The notes under the pieces are model-generated. The model did not search any database. It saw nothing but the letters and a program-made list of their open reading frames with translations, and was not told where the DNA came from. The position numbers and the translations under genes are program-made. Positions 38,537 through 48,926 of a DNA stretch of 64,000 bases are shown piece by piece. Numbering within the stretch: the stretch's first letter is position 1; every line of letters begins with the position of its first letter. The DNA comes from a virus (lineage: Duplodnaviria > Heunggongvirae > Uroviricota > Caudoviricetes), in IMG/VR virus record IMGVR_UViG_3300046499_000850; one strand, 5' to 3'.

Positions 38537-40624
38537 TTAAGCGGTGGCCTGGAGGTCCGCTGCGCGGTACGATTCCACCGTCAGCGACTGGACCGTGGTC
38601 ATGTTCGCGGCGCCCAGCTTGATCACGGTAGTCCAGCTGTAACCACGCAGATTGTCGTCTGCCGTGAACTGGGTTTCCGGGATGATGATGAAGCGGTTGT
38701 CGAACTTGCCCTCGACCGCTTTCAAGATCGCCTCGTTGACGCGATCCACGATCTGGTCTTTGGTCAGGTCGCTACGGCCGGTCAGGTCACGGTGGACTTT
38801 CTCGCCGATACGCACGAGCTGGGCGCACGCGAAGGCGGTGATCGCACTGTTCAGCACCGAGGTGTCGTCTGGGTAGACGGTCTGGTGTTGCGGGAAGTAC
38901 GCCATGTCCATCGAGTACGGCTCCGGCCACACCATGCCAGCGTCCCAGTCCTTGTAACGGGCGGTCGCCGGGCGGAACGGGACGTTGAGATCCCGCAGCA
39001 TGGTGACGCAGTTGTTCGGATTGACGTCCGGCTTGTAGTTCGGTACCCACTTGCCATTCGAGGCGCCCATGTACAGCGACCACTTTTCAGCACGGTCGAT
39101 CGAGATCGGCAGAGCTTTGGTGTAGTTGCTGTTGAGCAGGTAGCCCGAGCCGGCGATGATGGAGGCCCGCACAGTCGGAGTAGCGTAGTACTCCGATTCC
39201 GGGTAGTTCTGCAGCGAGGCCAGCAGCGAGATCGCTACCGAGCGCTCTTGCTCATCGGTCAGGTCGGCACCGCCGACGACGTGGGTCGACGCCATCACGA
39301 AGGTATCCTTGCGGTTCGAGATGAAGTTGCCCAGGACTTGCTTGACCTTCAGAGGCAGACCCGAATCCCAGAACATGTTTTCCGGGTTGTTGACCGAATC
39401 TTGACGCTGGCTGTTCTTGTCACCGTATTCCAGCAGCTTGGCCAGCACCAGGTCCGCGAACACGTCGTCGGTCATGGTGCCGTCGCTGCCGCCTTGGGCG
39501 AACATCACGCCGGTCTCGCTCAGACGCACGCTGTTCGGGGCGCCGGTCACGAGCTGGAAGGTGTGGTACGGAGCGCCGTAGGACGACACCGCGGTGAACG
39601 GGTTGATGCGGTACATCTCGTCGTCGGAACCGTCGATGTCGCTGAACATGTCAGCTTCCGGCAGTTCGGCTGCGTAGATCTTCGACAGCACCGTGGTGAC
39701 GTTGTTGTCGTACAGCTTGAAGCGGTCGAAGTCGGCGATCGTCGGCGAGAAGCCCGGGGTCGCGGTATCTTGGTACGCCTTGACGAAGACGTCGCCCAGG
39801 TACAGCTGTTGCGAGGTGTTGCGATCGCGCAGGCCAGGCTTCAGCGAGAAGGTGATTGCCGGCGTGCCCGACAGGGTAGTCACCGTGCTCGGGGTGGTCA
39901 GGCGATCCGGACGCGACTTGACAGCCAGCTGGAATGGATAGGCTTTCTGATCGGTGATCAGACGGGTGTCGACGGGGGTGTTCGTCATCTGGGTCAGAGC
40001 CCACAGAGCGATACCTTTATCGTTACCCCATTCGCCTTCGGAGCTGACCATGAAGTCCATGACCGGGTAGCGATCCGATTGGGTCGCGGAGCCGGAGTCG
40101 ACTTGGTCGCCCGGACCGATGGTGCCGATACCGAAGGCGCGGGCGCCGTCGGCAGTCGGGATCGGTTCGACCACCCACTTGCCCAGATAACCAGCCACTT
40201 TGCCAGCGGTCGGCACTTTCTGGCCGCCGGCGTCGATCTTGTACGAGCCATCGGCATTACGCTCGAAATCTTGAACTTGGGTTTCCAGCAGGTCGAGCGA
40301 CAGACGGAAAGCCGCCGGCGGTGCGATGTCTTGCGGGACGACGCGTTCGACCATGGCGGCGTTGCCGGCCTTCGAGAACACGTTGGCGTATGCGGTCGCG
40401 TGGTTGAAATACTTGCCCAGTTCGTCGAAAGTCTCGGGGCCGAAGATGGCGTCGCGGCTGGCACCGACTACGAGATAGCTGCGGCCAGGTTTGCCCTTAC
40501 GTGCGGGGATAAACACTTTGGGCAGGTGGGACGGTTGATCGAGCGGTTGGGGTGCCAACAGCCGACCAGACACATCGTGGATGCCGCGGTTATACGACAT
40601 CGGTGTTGCGTTGATGATGTTCAT
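38537..40624 (-). CDS. Tail sheath protein (phiKZ gp29-like)
   Basis: 695 aa; FGPETFD, FWDSG, TVYPDDTSVLNS; divergent from the block leading to terminase. Confidence 0.85.
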   Translation of the reverse strand: MNIINATPMSYNRGIHDVSGRLLAPQPLDQPSHLPKVFIPARKGKPGRSYLVVGASRDAIFGPETFDELGKYFNHATAYANVFSKAGNAAMVERVVPQDIAPPAAFRLSLDLLETQVQDFERNADGSYKIDAGGQKVPTAGKVAGYLGKWVVEPIPTADGARAFGIGTIGPGDQVDSGSATQSDRYPVMDFMVSSEGEWGNDKGIALWALTQMTNTPVDTRLITDQKAYPFQLAVKSRPDRLTTPSTVTTLSGTPAITFSLKPGLRDRNTSQQLYLGDVFVKAYQDTATPGFSPTIADFDRFKLYDNNVTTVLSKIYAAELPEADMFSDIDGSDDEMYRINPFTAVSSYGAPYHTFQLVTGAPNSVRLSETGVMFAQGGSDGTMTDDVFADLVLAKLLEYGDKNSQRQDSVNNPENMFWDSGLPLKVKQVLGNFISNRKDTFVMASTHVVGGADLTDEQERSVAISLLASLQNYPESEYYATPTVRASIIAGSGYLLNSNYTKALPISIDRAEKWSLYMGASNGKWVPNYKPDVNPNNCVTMLRDLNVPFRPATARYKDWDAGMVWPEPYSMDMAYFPQHQTVYPDDTSVLNSAITAFACAQLVRIGEKVHRDLTGRSDLTKDQIVDRVNEAILKAVEGKFDNRFIIIPETQFTADDNLRGYSWTTVIKLGAANMTTVQSLTVESYRAADLQATA

Positions 40625-40858
40625 TATGTCAAGGTCCTGTCGCTAATAATGAATGGTATGGTTTCGGTATTGTTTCGAAGTCGATGCCCAGCATCATAGT
40701 AATCGTAAAAAAATACTGGCAGGATCGGCGAAAACTCCTACCCGTAATGTTAAAACAACCTGAGCGGACTCGACATTGGTTTAACATAGAATGTCGGGCG
40801 TATAGGGAAGAGTAATATTTTTTATCTTTCTGTTCGCAGAAATTAAGGATGAGTCAAA

Positions 40859-41830
40859 ATGACAATTCACCATACCGCCTACGAGACGACGGCTTGTGCG
40901 GGGTTCCGCATGGCGTCTATTGTGGATGCGATCCTCGAAGCCCAAGTGCGTGACCATTTGACGACCGCAGACAGCGTGGCGTATGTGGATGCGTCCACCG
41001 GTGCCTCGGGTCAGATCAAAGCCTTCAAACACGCCGTGTATATCCACAAGGCGACCAACCCGCGTGACTGGGGCGGCGCCCGGGCCGATAACCAAGATCC
41101 CATCCTCGCCATGGACGTGCGTGCCTGCGGCCGCTTCGACGCCAAGACGGGGCGTTTCAAGATCACCAACTCGACCATGTACAAGAACCTGGTCTATCGG
41201 GCGGCCCTGTCGTCGGTGTGGTTGACCAACGGAGCGAGTGCCTTCCGTAACATCACCCCGATGGCAACCAGCGTGTTTGCCTCGTGGTTGGCCGAAGCCA
41301 TCGGTTTCCGATACAACCTCGATCCGAAGTCGAAGATCGACCTGATGATTGTGGCCGGGATCTTCTACCAATCCAATCACGTTGAAGGCATCGAGTTCGA
41401 CAAGGGCAACGAACAGCGTTATCTGTCGGCGATCGCCAACAGCATCCGGGTGCCGGTCAGTGACGTGGCGCGGGTGTACCAACAAACCCAAGCCATCAAC
41501 TCGATCGAAGAGTTCTGCTCGAAAGCCAAGACCGTGCTCGGCAACGTGCGTCTGGAAAACCTGAACGCCGGTGTGTTGATCGCCCTGATGGGGTCGACCT
41601 GGGCCGGTGACAATGCCCCCGAGCTGACCGCCGTCGCACTCGAACACCCGCCGACCTGGATTTCGCTGGTCTACGAAGCTGCCACCAACATGGCGCTGAA
41701 GAAAGTCGGCCTGTCCAAGATCGTCGAACGCCGACAGTACGTTGAAGGCATCGATCGTCTGGCGCAGATGCTCAGGACCTTGGCCCCGGACTCGACCGCT
41801 CTGATCGAGAACATTCCGCAGCTGTACTGA
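40859..41830 (+). CDS. Virion structural protein (phiKZ gp28-like by synteny)
   Basis: 323 aa, ALEHPPTW. Confidence 0.7.
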   Translation: MTIHHTAYETTACAGFRMASIVDAILEAQVRDHLTTADSVAYVDASTGASGQIKAFKHAVYIHKATNPRDWGGARADNQDPILAMDVRACGRFDAKTGRFKITNSTMYKNLVYRAALSSVWLTNGASAFRNITPMATSVFASWLAEAIGFRYNLDPKSKIDLMIVAGIFYQSNHVEGIEFDKGNEQRYLSAIANSIRVPVSDVARVYQQTQAINSIEEFCSKAKTVLGNVRLENLNAGVLIALMGSTWAGDNAPELTAVALEHPPTWISLVYEAATNMALKKVGLSKIVERRQYVEGIDRLAQMLRTLAPDSTALIENIPQLY

Positions 41831-41910
41831 CCGTCACGCTAACTGCCATCTGGATCGAGCAATCGGTCTGGGTGGCGGTGTCTTTTATTTCTTTTCTTTT
41901 AAGGACAACC

Positions 41911-44478
41911 ATGGCTGACTATCTTGTCAAACAAGCCATTCAGAATGTCTGGTGCACCCCGGAGCAAGATCAGCAGTCCATTATCAAGTTGGGCAAGATC
42001 ACGCGGTACGGTGGCGTCTACTCCAAAGTGGATGTCATGTGGCGGCAGTATGCATTGCCAGTGGCAGGCGTGTTGTTCCACTGCTACCAGATCGGCAACC
42101 TCTCGCCCCACCACCTCGGTCTCACGACGCCAGCGGCGCACGGTGTGTGGATACGGATGGATGCGGCGTGTGAGAAAGAAGAAACGATCATCGACCTGTA
42201 CACGGTCAGTGGCCGTCAATCGCCCCGCATTCTGGCTTGGTACACAGTGACACAAGACAACGACTTGGTCGTGGCGGTGCAAAAGCACAACCGAGTGGCT
42301 GTCGACTACGACAACGAAGCACTCTACATGCGGGTGTACCACAACGCCTACTTCGGCTCGATCCGGCGTGATGTGACCCGTGACTACATCGAGGTACGTG
42401 GGGCATTGCCCCGTAACACCGATGACATTCTGGCGATCCAAGCTGGCTACAACTCGGCACGCGAAAAGGGTTACACCTACGCTTTTGTCAACGGTTATCT
42501 GGTCGACCGCATCGATCTGCTGACGGTGGTGTCGGGTGACGTCGTGGAGTATGTGTACGACGGCTCGATTTACGCAGTGGAAGATCTGGTGATCGGGAAT
42601 CTGCCGGTGTTCGATAGCACCCTGGACGCCAAGCGAAAATACTTGGTGCACGCCACCCAAGCGCTCAAGACCAACATCACTTACCACGATGACGTGGATG
42701 TGTTCCTGTTCAAGAAGTCCCCGCAAGGACGCTTCAATGGCTTGTACTTCCATCGCAACCAACGCGACGCGGTGCGCCAAGTCACCCATGCTGACTTCTC
42801 GATTGCGATCCCGTATCTGGATTCGTTCTTGAATACACTGGAAGATTGGACGGACTTGAATGACCTGACCATCCGTCTGCAGATGCGCAACTCGGGATAT
42901 AGTCGGCCACTGGTCAACGAAGCGAACCGCATCAAAGAACTCTACAAACTGCCGGATGTGGATTTGGTCAACGCCATGATCGGGGTCGATGCAACGGTGC
43001 CGGAATGGACTGCTGCCCATCTGGAAGCGTCCAGTTATACCGCCATCATGCGTGCCTCCACGGCCGCGATTACTCCGGCGCTTGCGCAAGACGCGTTCGG
43101 TTACAACGCCATGAGTCAGATCTTGGCACCCACGCCCCAGTTTGTGAAGAACGTCTCGGGTTTGGGCTTGGTCGACATCCCGCCGAACTTGCAATACCGC
43201 AGCACGGTGTTCGAGTTCGACTTCGACGGCTACCTGTTGGGTTGGTATAACCATGCCCTCGGGTCGCAATGGACCACCCGCAATCCTGGTACCCGTCTGG
43301 TGCAGATCTTATCGGGCTATGGAGTCAAGGGTCTGGATGAGAAGTATGGCCAGCAAGGCGCGACGATCGACGCGAATCTCGATTACCGCATGTACAATTG
43401 CACCATCGTCAACGGCACCCCCGATAACCTCTGGCGTGATGTGACCGACACCAACCTTTACGCCATCAGTGGCAACGGGTTGAGTTGGCTGACTTCGGCC
43501 AGTACCACGTACACGATGGTCCGCAGTAACTTGGACTTCCTGTGTTACGACCTCGATCTGCCGATGCAAGGTGGTCTGCTGGAATTCACCTTGACGTCCA
43601 GCCAAGACCGCGGTACGGGGCCGAAGAACACGGTCATGCAAGTACAAATGGGTGAACTCGATCTGTGGCTGAACCGGCGTGCGCTGGTGGAAGGTATCGA
43701 TTACATCGTCAACTTCCCGAAGATTGTCATCATCAACAAAAAGTACATTGACAACACCAAAACCAACCAAAAGATCACCGTACGTTTCTGTGGTCACGCC
43801 AAAGCGGACTTGAGCCGGGCGGTGTTGGGTGACCGTGGATTTGTCAGCCATGGCGTGCTGTCGAACAACGACAAGTTCGATATCCGCGATGACAAGGTGT
43901 TGCATATCGCCGTGGCCGGCGGCGTGTACGACCGCAGTGAACTGATGTTCGCTGAAGAGCATAGCGGTGTGAACGTGGAAGGGGTGCCGAATGGTTCGCC
44001 GTACGTGGTACGTGATGTCGTGGTGCCGATGCGTGGTACGACCAATGCAAAAACGTATGAGCTGCGCGACAAGGCATTGGTGACCGATCAGCATGTGTCG
44101 GATTACCTGACCATGAAACTGCCACCACCCGCTTACACGGAACCGAACGCCATCGAAGAACGTTATCCGGTTTACAGCCCGTTTGTGTCGGCACTGATTG
44201 ACGACTTGCATAGCAAGGTCTTTAGTGACCCACGGATCTTTGACCACTACAACGACGATGTGTTGCGGGACATGTGCCGCTACTACGAACCGTTGCTGGA
44301 CTTTGAACCGACGCGTGAACCTAACAAAGCAGATGAGCGCTTCGTGAGTGTGCAAGCGTATTACCGGGACACCGTAACGAACCTCGGGTTATTTGAATAC
44401 CGTTTCCTGTCGCGTGCCGTTTCACTTTACTTAAACAACGCTGTCGTCTTGTCGCAATTTGTGACCGTCACGGCGTAA
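41911..44478 (+). CDS. Virion structural/baseplate-region protein (phiKZ gp27-like)
   Basis: NVWCTPEQD N-terminus; start refined to ATG 41911 with AAGGA RBS. Confidence 0.72.
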   Translation: MADYLVKQAIQNVWCTPEQDQQSIIKLGKITRYGGVYSKVDVMWRQYALPVAGVLFHCYQIGNLSPHHLGLTTPAAHGVWIRMDAACEKEETIIDLYTVSGRQSPRILAWYTVTQDNDLVVAVQKHNRVAVDYDNEALYMRVYHNAYFGSIRRDVTRDYIEVRGALPRNTDDILAIQAGYNSAREKGYTYAFVNGYLVDRIDLLTVVSGDVVEYVYDGSIYAVEDLVIGNLPVFDSTLDAKRKYLVHATQALKTNITYHDDVDVFLFKKSPQGRFNGLYFHRNQRDAVRQVTHADFSIAIPYLDSFLNTLEDWTDLNDLTIRLQMRNSGYSRPLVNEANRIKELYKLPDVDLVNAMIGVDATVPEWTAAHLEASSYTAIMRASTAAITPALAQDAFGYNAMSQILAPTPQFVKNVSGLGLVDIPPNLQYRSTVFEFDFDGYLLGWYNHALGSQWTTRNPGTRLVQILSGYGVKGLDEKYGQQGATIDANLDYRMYNCTIVNGTPDNLWRDVTDTNLYAISGNGLSWLTSASTTYTMVRSNLDFLCYDLDLPMQGGLLEFTLTSSQDRGTGPKNTVMQVQMGELDLWLNRRALVEGIDYIVNFPKIVIINKKYIDNTKTNQKITVRFCGHAKADLSRAVLGDRGFVSHGVLSNNDKFDIRDDKVLHIAVAGGVYDRSELMFAEEHSGVNVEGVPNGSPYVVRDVVVPMRGTTNAKTYELRDKALVTDQHVSDYLTMKLPPPAYTEPNAIEERYPVYSPFVSALIDDLHSKVFSDPRIFDHYNDDVLRDMCRYYEPLLDFEPTREPNKADERFVSVQAYYRDTVTNLGLFEYRFLSRAVSLYLNNAVVLSQFVTVTA

Positions 44479-44488
44479 TGGAGAAAAC

Positions 44489-46177
44489 ATGGGAACATCT
44501 GTTAACATTAGCACCATCGGTATCGTCGGTACCGACGGTGCAGTGCCCGTGTACGATCCCGATGCACGCTGGACGACCTGGGCGCTGCATGAGATCTACA
44601 CCGGCCAAGAGGGCGCCAATCGCTACGTGCCGAAAGTGGATGACTGGGTGGTAGATGTGCCGGCGGCCAAGTTCTACCGAGTCACTGAAATTGATGTGAC
44701 AACCCTCATCCCGCGCATGACGCCGATCAAGCCGTTGGTACAAGACCAATCGTTCGACAACGCCGATCTGATTCTGGGTGTGGGTCCGGGCGGGATCTCG
44801 GACACGTTCCGGGCTTACCTGAACAAGAACGTGCTACCGTACACCCTGACCATCGACGCGCGTTTGCACACGTACTCGTCGGAAGCCGAGAGCTTCACGG
44901 TGTTCCGTGGCACGGATATCGAAGGCACAGCCAAACCGATCAGTCAGATGTACAACCAGTCCAACCAACTGATCGGCACTGCCGTACCGTTGACGCTGGC
45001 GGCCATCGATGGTGACAATCGCACGGTGAAATCGTTCCCGGTGTGCTACACCACCGAAGACATGCCTGACGGGGAAAAGATCGTCTTGATCACGTACTCG
45101 GACGCGGGTCATCAAGTCTCGAAGGTGGAACTGTTGGTGGAGAACACCCAGTTCGTGCCGTCGGCCGATGGTTCGGTGAAGTACATCACCAACATCAGCC
45201 TAGAGTCGCCGTTCATTTCGCCGTCCGACCCGAATGTGTTGTCGTTCCCACTGAACGTGATGCGTAACGGTCTGTCGCTGATGGGTGTGGTGCACTACAG
45301 CGACGGTAGCAAGACCCGTCTGCCGGTCAACGACACACGGTTCTCGCTGCGCGGGTTGGACAACTTCGTCTCGACCTACGCCGGTCAGAAGTTCGACCTG
45401 ATACTCGACTACAAACTGGCGCCAGAAGAAGTCACGATGGGACTGCAAACCAGTGCAGCGCGTTCAATCCCTCGCAAGTACACCGGCGTCACCACCGACT
45501 ACGAAGGCATGTACTCGCCCAAGCTGTACGGTTTCCCGGTGTGGATCAATTCGGTCACGGGGTATCGCATCGAATGGTGGTTGTACGACATGGAGCGCCG
45601 CATGGCGCAACTCGTCACACCGTACGTTAAGATCAACACCAACTCGCGTCCGTTCGATCCGGTTGGATATGGCTTCAAGCAGTCGCTTGGTGTCACGATC
45701 AACCTGAAGGATGTCAACCCGAGCGGCTTGGCGCTGAATCACGTGCAGACCATCGACTTCGTGCTGCGTCAACCGGGTACGGCCCGCAGCACCAACTGGG
45801 CCATCGGTTTCGTACCGAACCAAGAGGTGCTGTTTGGCGAAGGCAACTACGCCAAGATGATCATCCTCAACCAGAACCAGATGACGCTGGACGTGACCTG
45901 TGGTGAGACGGTGCAAGCGAACTGGCTGGAACGCCTGTACCGCTTGGTCAAGCCGTTGTCGGACATCGGCCGTGAAGTCCAAGCCCCGAACCCGACTCAC
46001 TTCTCGATCTGCACGCCGGAATGGGAAGTGGCGTACCCGATCGGCCAATGGAACCGTAAGCTGACGCTGGGTTACACCGTACCCAATAACAGCACGGTGT
46101 TCATCAAGTTCTTCATCCGCATCGCGGACACGGATATCCAACTCGCGATCGCGGGCATGCCGGTCTACGCGCAGTAA
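44489..46177 (+). CDS. Virion structural/baseplate-region protein (phiKZ gp26-like)
   Basis: 562 aa, beta-rich, upstream of terminase. Confidence 0.72.
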   Translation: MGTSVNISTIGIVGTDGAVPVYDPDARWTTWALHEIYTGQEGANRYVPKVDDWVVDVPAAKFYRVTEIDVTTLIPRMTPIKPLVQDQSFDNADLILGVGPGGISDTFRAYLNKNVLPYTLTIDARLHTYSSEAESFTVFRGTDIEGTAKPISQMYNQSNQLIGTAVPLTLAAIDGDNRTVKSFPVCYTTEDMPDGEKIVLITYSDAGHQVSKVELLVENTQFVPSADGSVKYITNISLESPFISPSDPNVLSFPLNVMRNGLSLMGVVHYSDGSKTRLPVNDTRFSLRGLDNFVSTYAGQKFDLILDYKLAPEEVTMGLQTSAARSIPRKYTGVTTDYEGMYSPKLYGFPVWINSVTGYRIEWWLYDMERRMAQLVTPYVKINTNSRPFDPVGYGFKQSLGVTINLKDVNPSGLALNHVQTIDFVLRQPGTARSTNWAIGFVPNQEVLFGEGNYAKMIILNQNQMTLDVTCGETVQANWLERLYRLVKPLSDIGREVQAPNPTHFSICTPEWEVAYPIGQWNRKLTLGYTVPNNSTVFIKFFIRIADTDIQLAIAGMPVYAQ

Positions 46178-46244
46178 TCCTTACCTCCCTCTGCCTCACG
46201 GTGGAGGGAGTACTTAGGACTATGCCCTTTTTCGAAAGAACATC

Positions 46245-48446
46245 ATGATTTTGTTTTTAGAAGATTGGTTGAAGTACCCGACAGCGATTCCGCACCTGAC
46301 TACCCGCAACGAGTCATGGTACTACATGGCCAAAGTCTACAAGACCATGGGTATTCAAAACCACATGTTCTTGTTGGCGTTGATCAACCCGCTCCTCGAA
46401 TACGTGGACCCGCATTCGCCGCACCTCACGCAAGAAGAAAAGGACATGGTGGTGGCCGAGTGCAAGGTCAATCCATGGTACTACTTCCGTGAAGTGGCGC
46501 GCATTCCGGCGGGGGTGGGTTTGCCGTCCGAACGGGTAAAAGCGAACCGGGGCAATATCGCTGCCTGGTGGTGTTTCTTCAACCACGTCACGATGACGAT
46601 GATTCAACCTCGTCAGACAGGTAAATCGTACACGATCTACGAACTGGACGTGTACCTCATGACGGTGCTGTGCCAAGGCACCAACATGAACCTGTTTACC
46701 AAAGATGAAAAGCTGCGAAAAGACGCGGTCGACATCATCAAGAAAGTCTTCGATACGTTGCCGGACTATCTGGACCTGCGCAACAAACGCACGGACGCCA
46801 ACAACACGGAAGAGATCACCGTTAATCTGTTGGAAAACAAACTGCGTACCTTCGTGCCACGGGCGTCGGAGAAAGACGCAAACAACGTGGGTCGTGGTTT
46901 CGGTTCGCCAATCAATCACGTTGACGAGGGGCCGTTCTGCCCGAATGCACATATCTCGATGCCGGCCCTGTTCTCGGCAGGTAACGCCAAGCGCGATATG
47001 GCCAAACGAGCGGGTGCTCCGTACTGCAACATCGTCACGACAACCGCTGGTAAGCTGGACACACCGGAAGGCAAGTTCGTGTACGAAAACTACATTCTGG
47101 CGGCAATGCCGTGGACCGAGCATGTGTTCGATCAACAAAACGAAGAAGCCTTGCAGGAATTCGTGAAGCGCAATGCTGGGGGTAACTTCCAGATCGCGAT
47201 CATCATGAGTCACCGCCAGCTCGGTTACGATGACGAGTGGTTGTGGGAAAAGATGCGTGAAACGAAAACCTTCGGCGATGCAGCAGACCGCGACTACTTC
47301 AACGTCTGGACCTCGGGTACTGAAACCCATCCGTTGTCGCCGGCGTTGTTGAAACGAATCGTGGCTTCGCAAAACGATGTGTTCTACGACCAGTACTTCC
47401 CGCAACAGAAGTACTTCATCCGTTGGAATGTGGACCAGGCTAATCTGGAAAGCTACATGGCGCGCTCGAAGGTGATTCTCGGTTGCGACCCGTCGTCTGC
47501 TAACAACAACGACGATATCGCACTCGTGTGGCTGGATGCGGCAACGCTCGACGTGGTGGGCACGGCAGCGATCAATGAAACCAACATCCTCATGTTCGGT
47601 AACTGGTTAGCGGTGCATCTGGTTGAGAACAAGAACGTGACGTTAGTGATTGAGAGCAAATCCACGGGTGAAGCGTTGCGTGACATGATGCTCAGCATTC
47701 TGCCTTCGTTCGGGGAAGATCCGTTCAAGCGAATATTCAACACCATTGTGCAAGACAAGGACGACTTCCCGGACCGTTACGAAGTGGCGAAGTTACCGGT
47801 ATCGCGTCGTGACAACACCATGTACACACTTAACAAATCGGCGTTTGGTTTCTGCACTGCTGCGAGCGGTCGCTTTGCCCGTAGCAACTTGTATGGTAAC
47901 GTGTTACAGAACGCAGCCAAGCGCGGTGGTGACAAAGTGTACGACAAACGGTTGATCCAGCAGATTACGGGATTGGTGAAGAAAAACGACCGAGTCGACC
48001 ACCAGCACGGTAGCCATGACGACATGGTGGTGGCGTGGTTGCTTTGCCATTGGTTCTTGTCCGAAGGTAAACACATGACGATCTACGGCATCAACGATGT
48101 CATGACCCAAGTGGGGGATGAGAAAGAACTCTCCTACGACGAACAGCTCGCGTTGGAACATCAACGCAATCTGCGGGCGGATATCAATGAGCTGAGTAAG
48201 CAATTGGAGGAAGCGGTAGACCCGTACTTGGCGAATAACTTGGAGCACCGTCTCCGGTTCTTGGCCCAAGGACTCGTGTATCAACAGGGTGACCTCAGTA
48301 GCATCGACCAGATGCTCGCTGACATCAAGGAGCGCAAGAAGAAACGTAGTCAGCTGGCAGCGGTTCGTCGTGACGACGACGCCGTCAACGATCATGACTT
48401 CTATCGCAAAATGATGGGTTATAACACCAGCAACTTTTACCGTTAA
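46245..48446 (+). CDS. terL: Terminase large subunit (phiKZ gp25-like)
   Basis: NPWYYFREV, Walker A PRQTGKS, Walker B HVDE, TTTAG, nuclease LGCDPS and HDDMVVA. Confidence 0.92.
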   Translation: MILFLEDWLKYPTAIPHLTTRNESWYYMAKVYKTMGIQNHMFLLALINPLLEYVDPHSPHLTQEEKDMVVAECKVNPWYYFREVARIPAGVGLPSERVKANRGNIAAWWCFFNHVTMTMIQPRQTGKSYTIYELDVYLMTVLCQGTNMNLFTKDEKLRKDAVDIIKKVFDTLPDYLDLRNKRTDANNTEEITVNLLENKLRTFVPRASEKDANNVGRGFGSPINHVDEGPFCPNAHISMPALFSAGNAKRDMAKRAGAPYCNIVTTTAGKLDTPEGKFVYENYILAAMPWTEHVFDQQNEEALQEFVKRNAGGNFQIAIIMSHRQLGYDDEWLWEKMRETKTFGDAADRDYFNVWTSGTETHPLSPALLKRIVASQNDVFYDQYFPQQKYFIRWNVDQANLESYMARSKVILGCDPSSANNNDDIALVWLDAATLDVVGTAAINETNILMFGNWLAVHLVENKNVTLVIESKSTGEALRDMMLSILPSFGEDPFKRIFNTIVQDKDDFPDRYEVAKLPVSRRDNTMYTLNKSAFGFCTAASGRFARSNLYGNVLQNAAKRGGDKVYDKRLIQQITGLVKKNDRVDHQHGSHDDMVVAWLLCHWFLSEGKHMTIYGINDVMTQVGDEKELSYDEQLALEHQRNLRADINELSKQLEEAVDPYLANNLEHRLRFLAQGLVYQQGDLSSIDQMLADIKERKKKRSQLAAVRRDDDAVNDHDFYRKMMGYNTSNFYR

Positions 48447-48455
48447 CGGCATAGA

Positions 48456-48485
48456 CTCTCGTTCCCGCTTCTGCGGGAACGAGGG
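48456..48485. terminator. Bidirectional terminator hairpin
   Basis: CTCGTTCCCGC...GCGGGAACGAG between convergent genes. Confidence 0.7.
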
Positions 48486-48496
48486 TGCTATGGGTT

Positions 48497-48898
48497 TTAG
48501 TTTTTGCGGTTTGCACACATGCGACTTTCCAACAAATCCAAATACGCCAAGACTTGATGGCGTCTGATATCGTTATCGAAACTCCAGTTGTGAACCAAGG
48601 CTGGCAATTCGATTTCGAGCTCACACGCTTTTCGCAGTGCCGCTGGAGCGTTGTTACTGACCACCGAAAAGACACTGTACGTCACCACTCTGCGGTTCGG
48701 CACATACCAGCGCGCATATTGGATCTGGTATTCTTTTCGATGACAATAGATTGCAATTTCATAACCGCGCACCGTGAAGCCGTTGAGACTTCCCAGCGCG
48801 TTTTCCGGTCGCTTGATTTCAATCACCGTCTTGGGGCCGCGTAAGCATTGAAATAACATCAAAACGCCACCAACGATAAATTTCATGGCTTTCAACAT
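48497..48898 (-). CDS. Hypothetical protein
   Basis: 133 aa, hydrophobic N-terminus. Confidence 0.5.
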   Translation of the reverse strand: MLKAMKFIVGGVLMLFQCLRGPKTVIEIKRPENALGSLNGFTVRGYEIAIYCHRKEYQIQYARWYVPNRRVVTYSVFSVVSNNAPAALRKACELEIELPALVHNWSFDNDIRRHQVLAYLDLLESRMCANRKN

Positions 48899-48926
48899 AA
48901 CGCATCCCTAGGGATAGGCAACTTCG

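Noticed and set aside
38792-40699. 635-aa + strand ORF, and similar long antisense ORFs (37598-38482, 25904-27187, 41899-43269, 46314-47405)
   Set aside because: Shadow frames opposite strongly codon-biased real genes; no RBS or motifs
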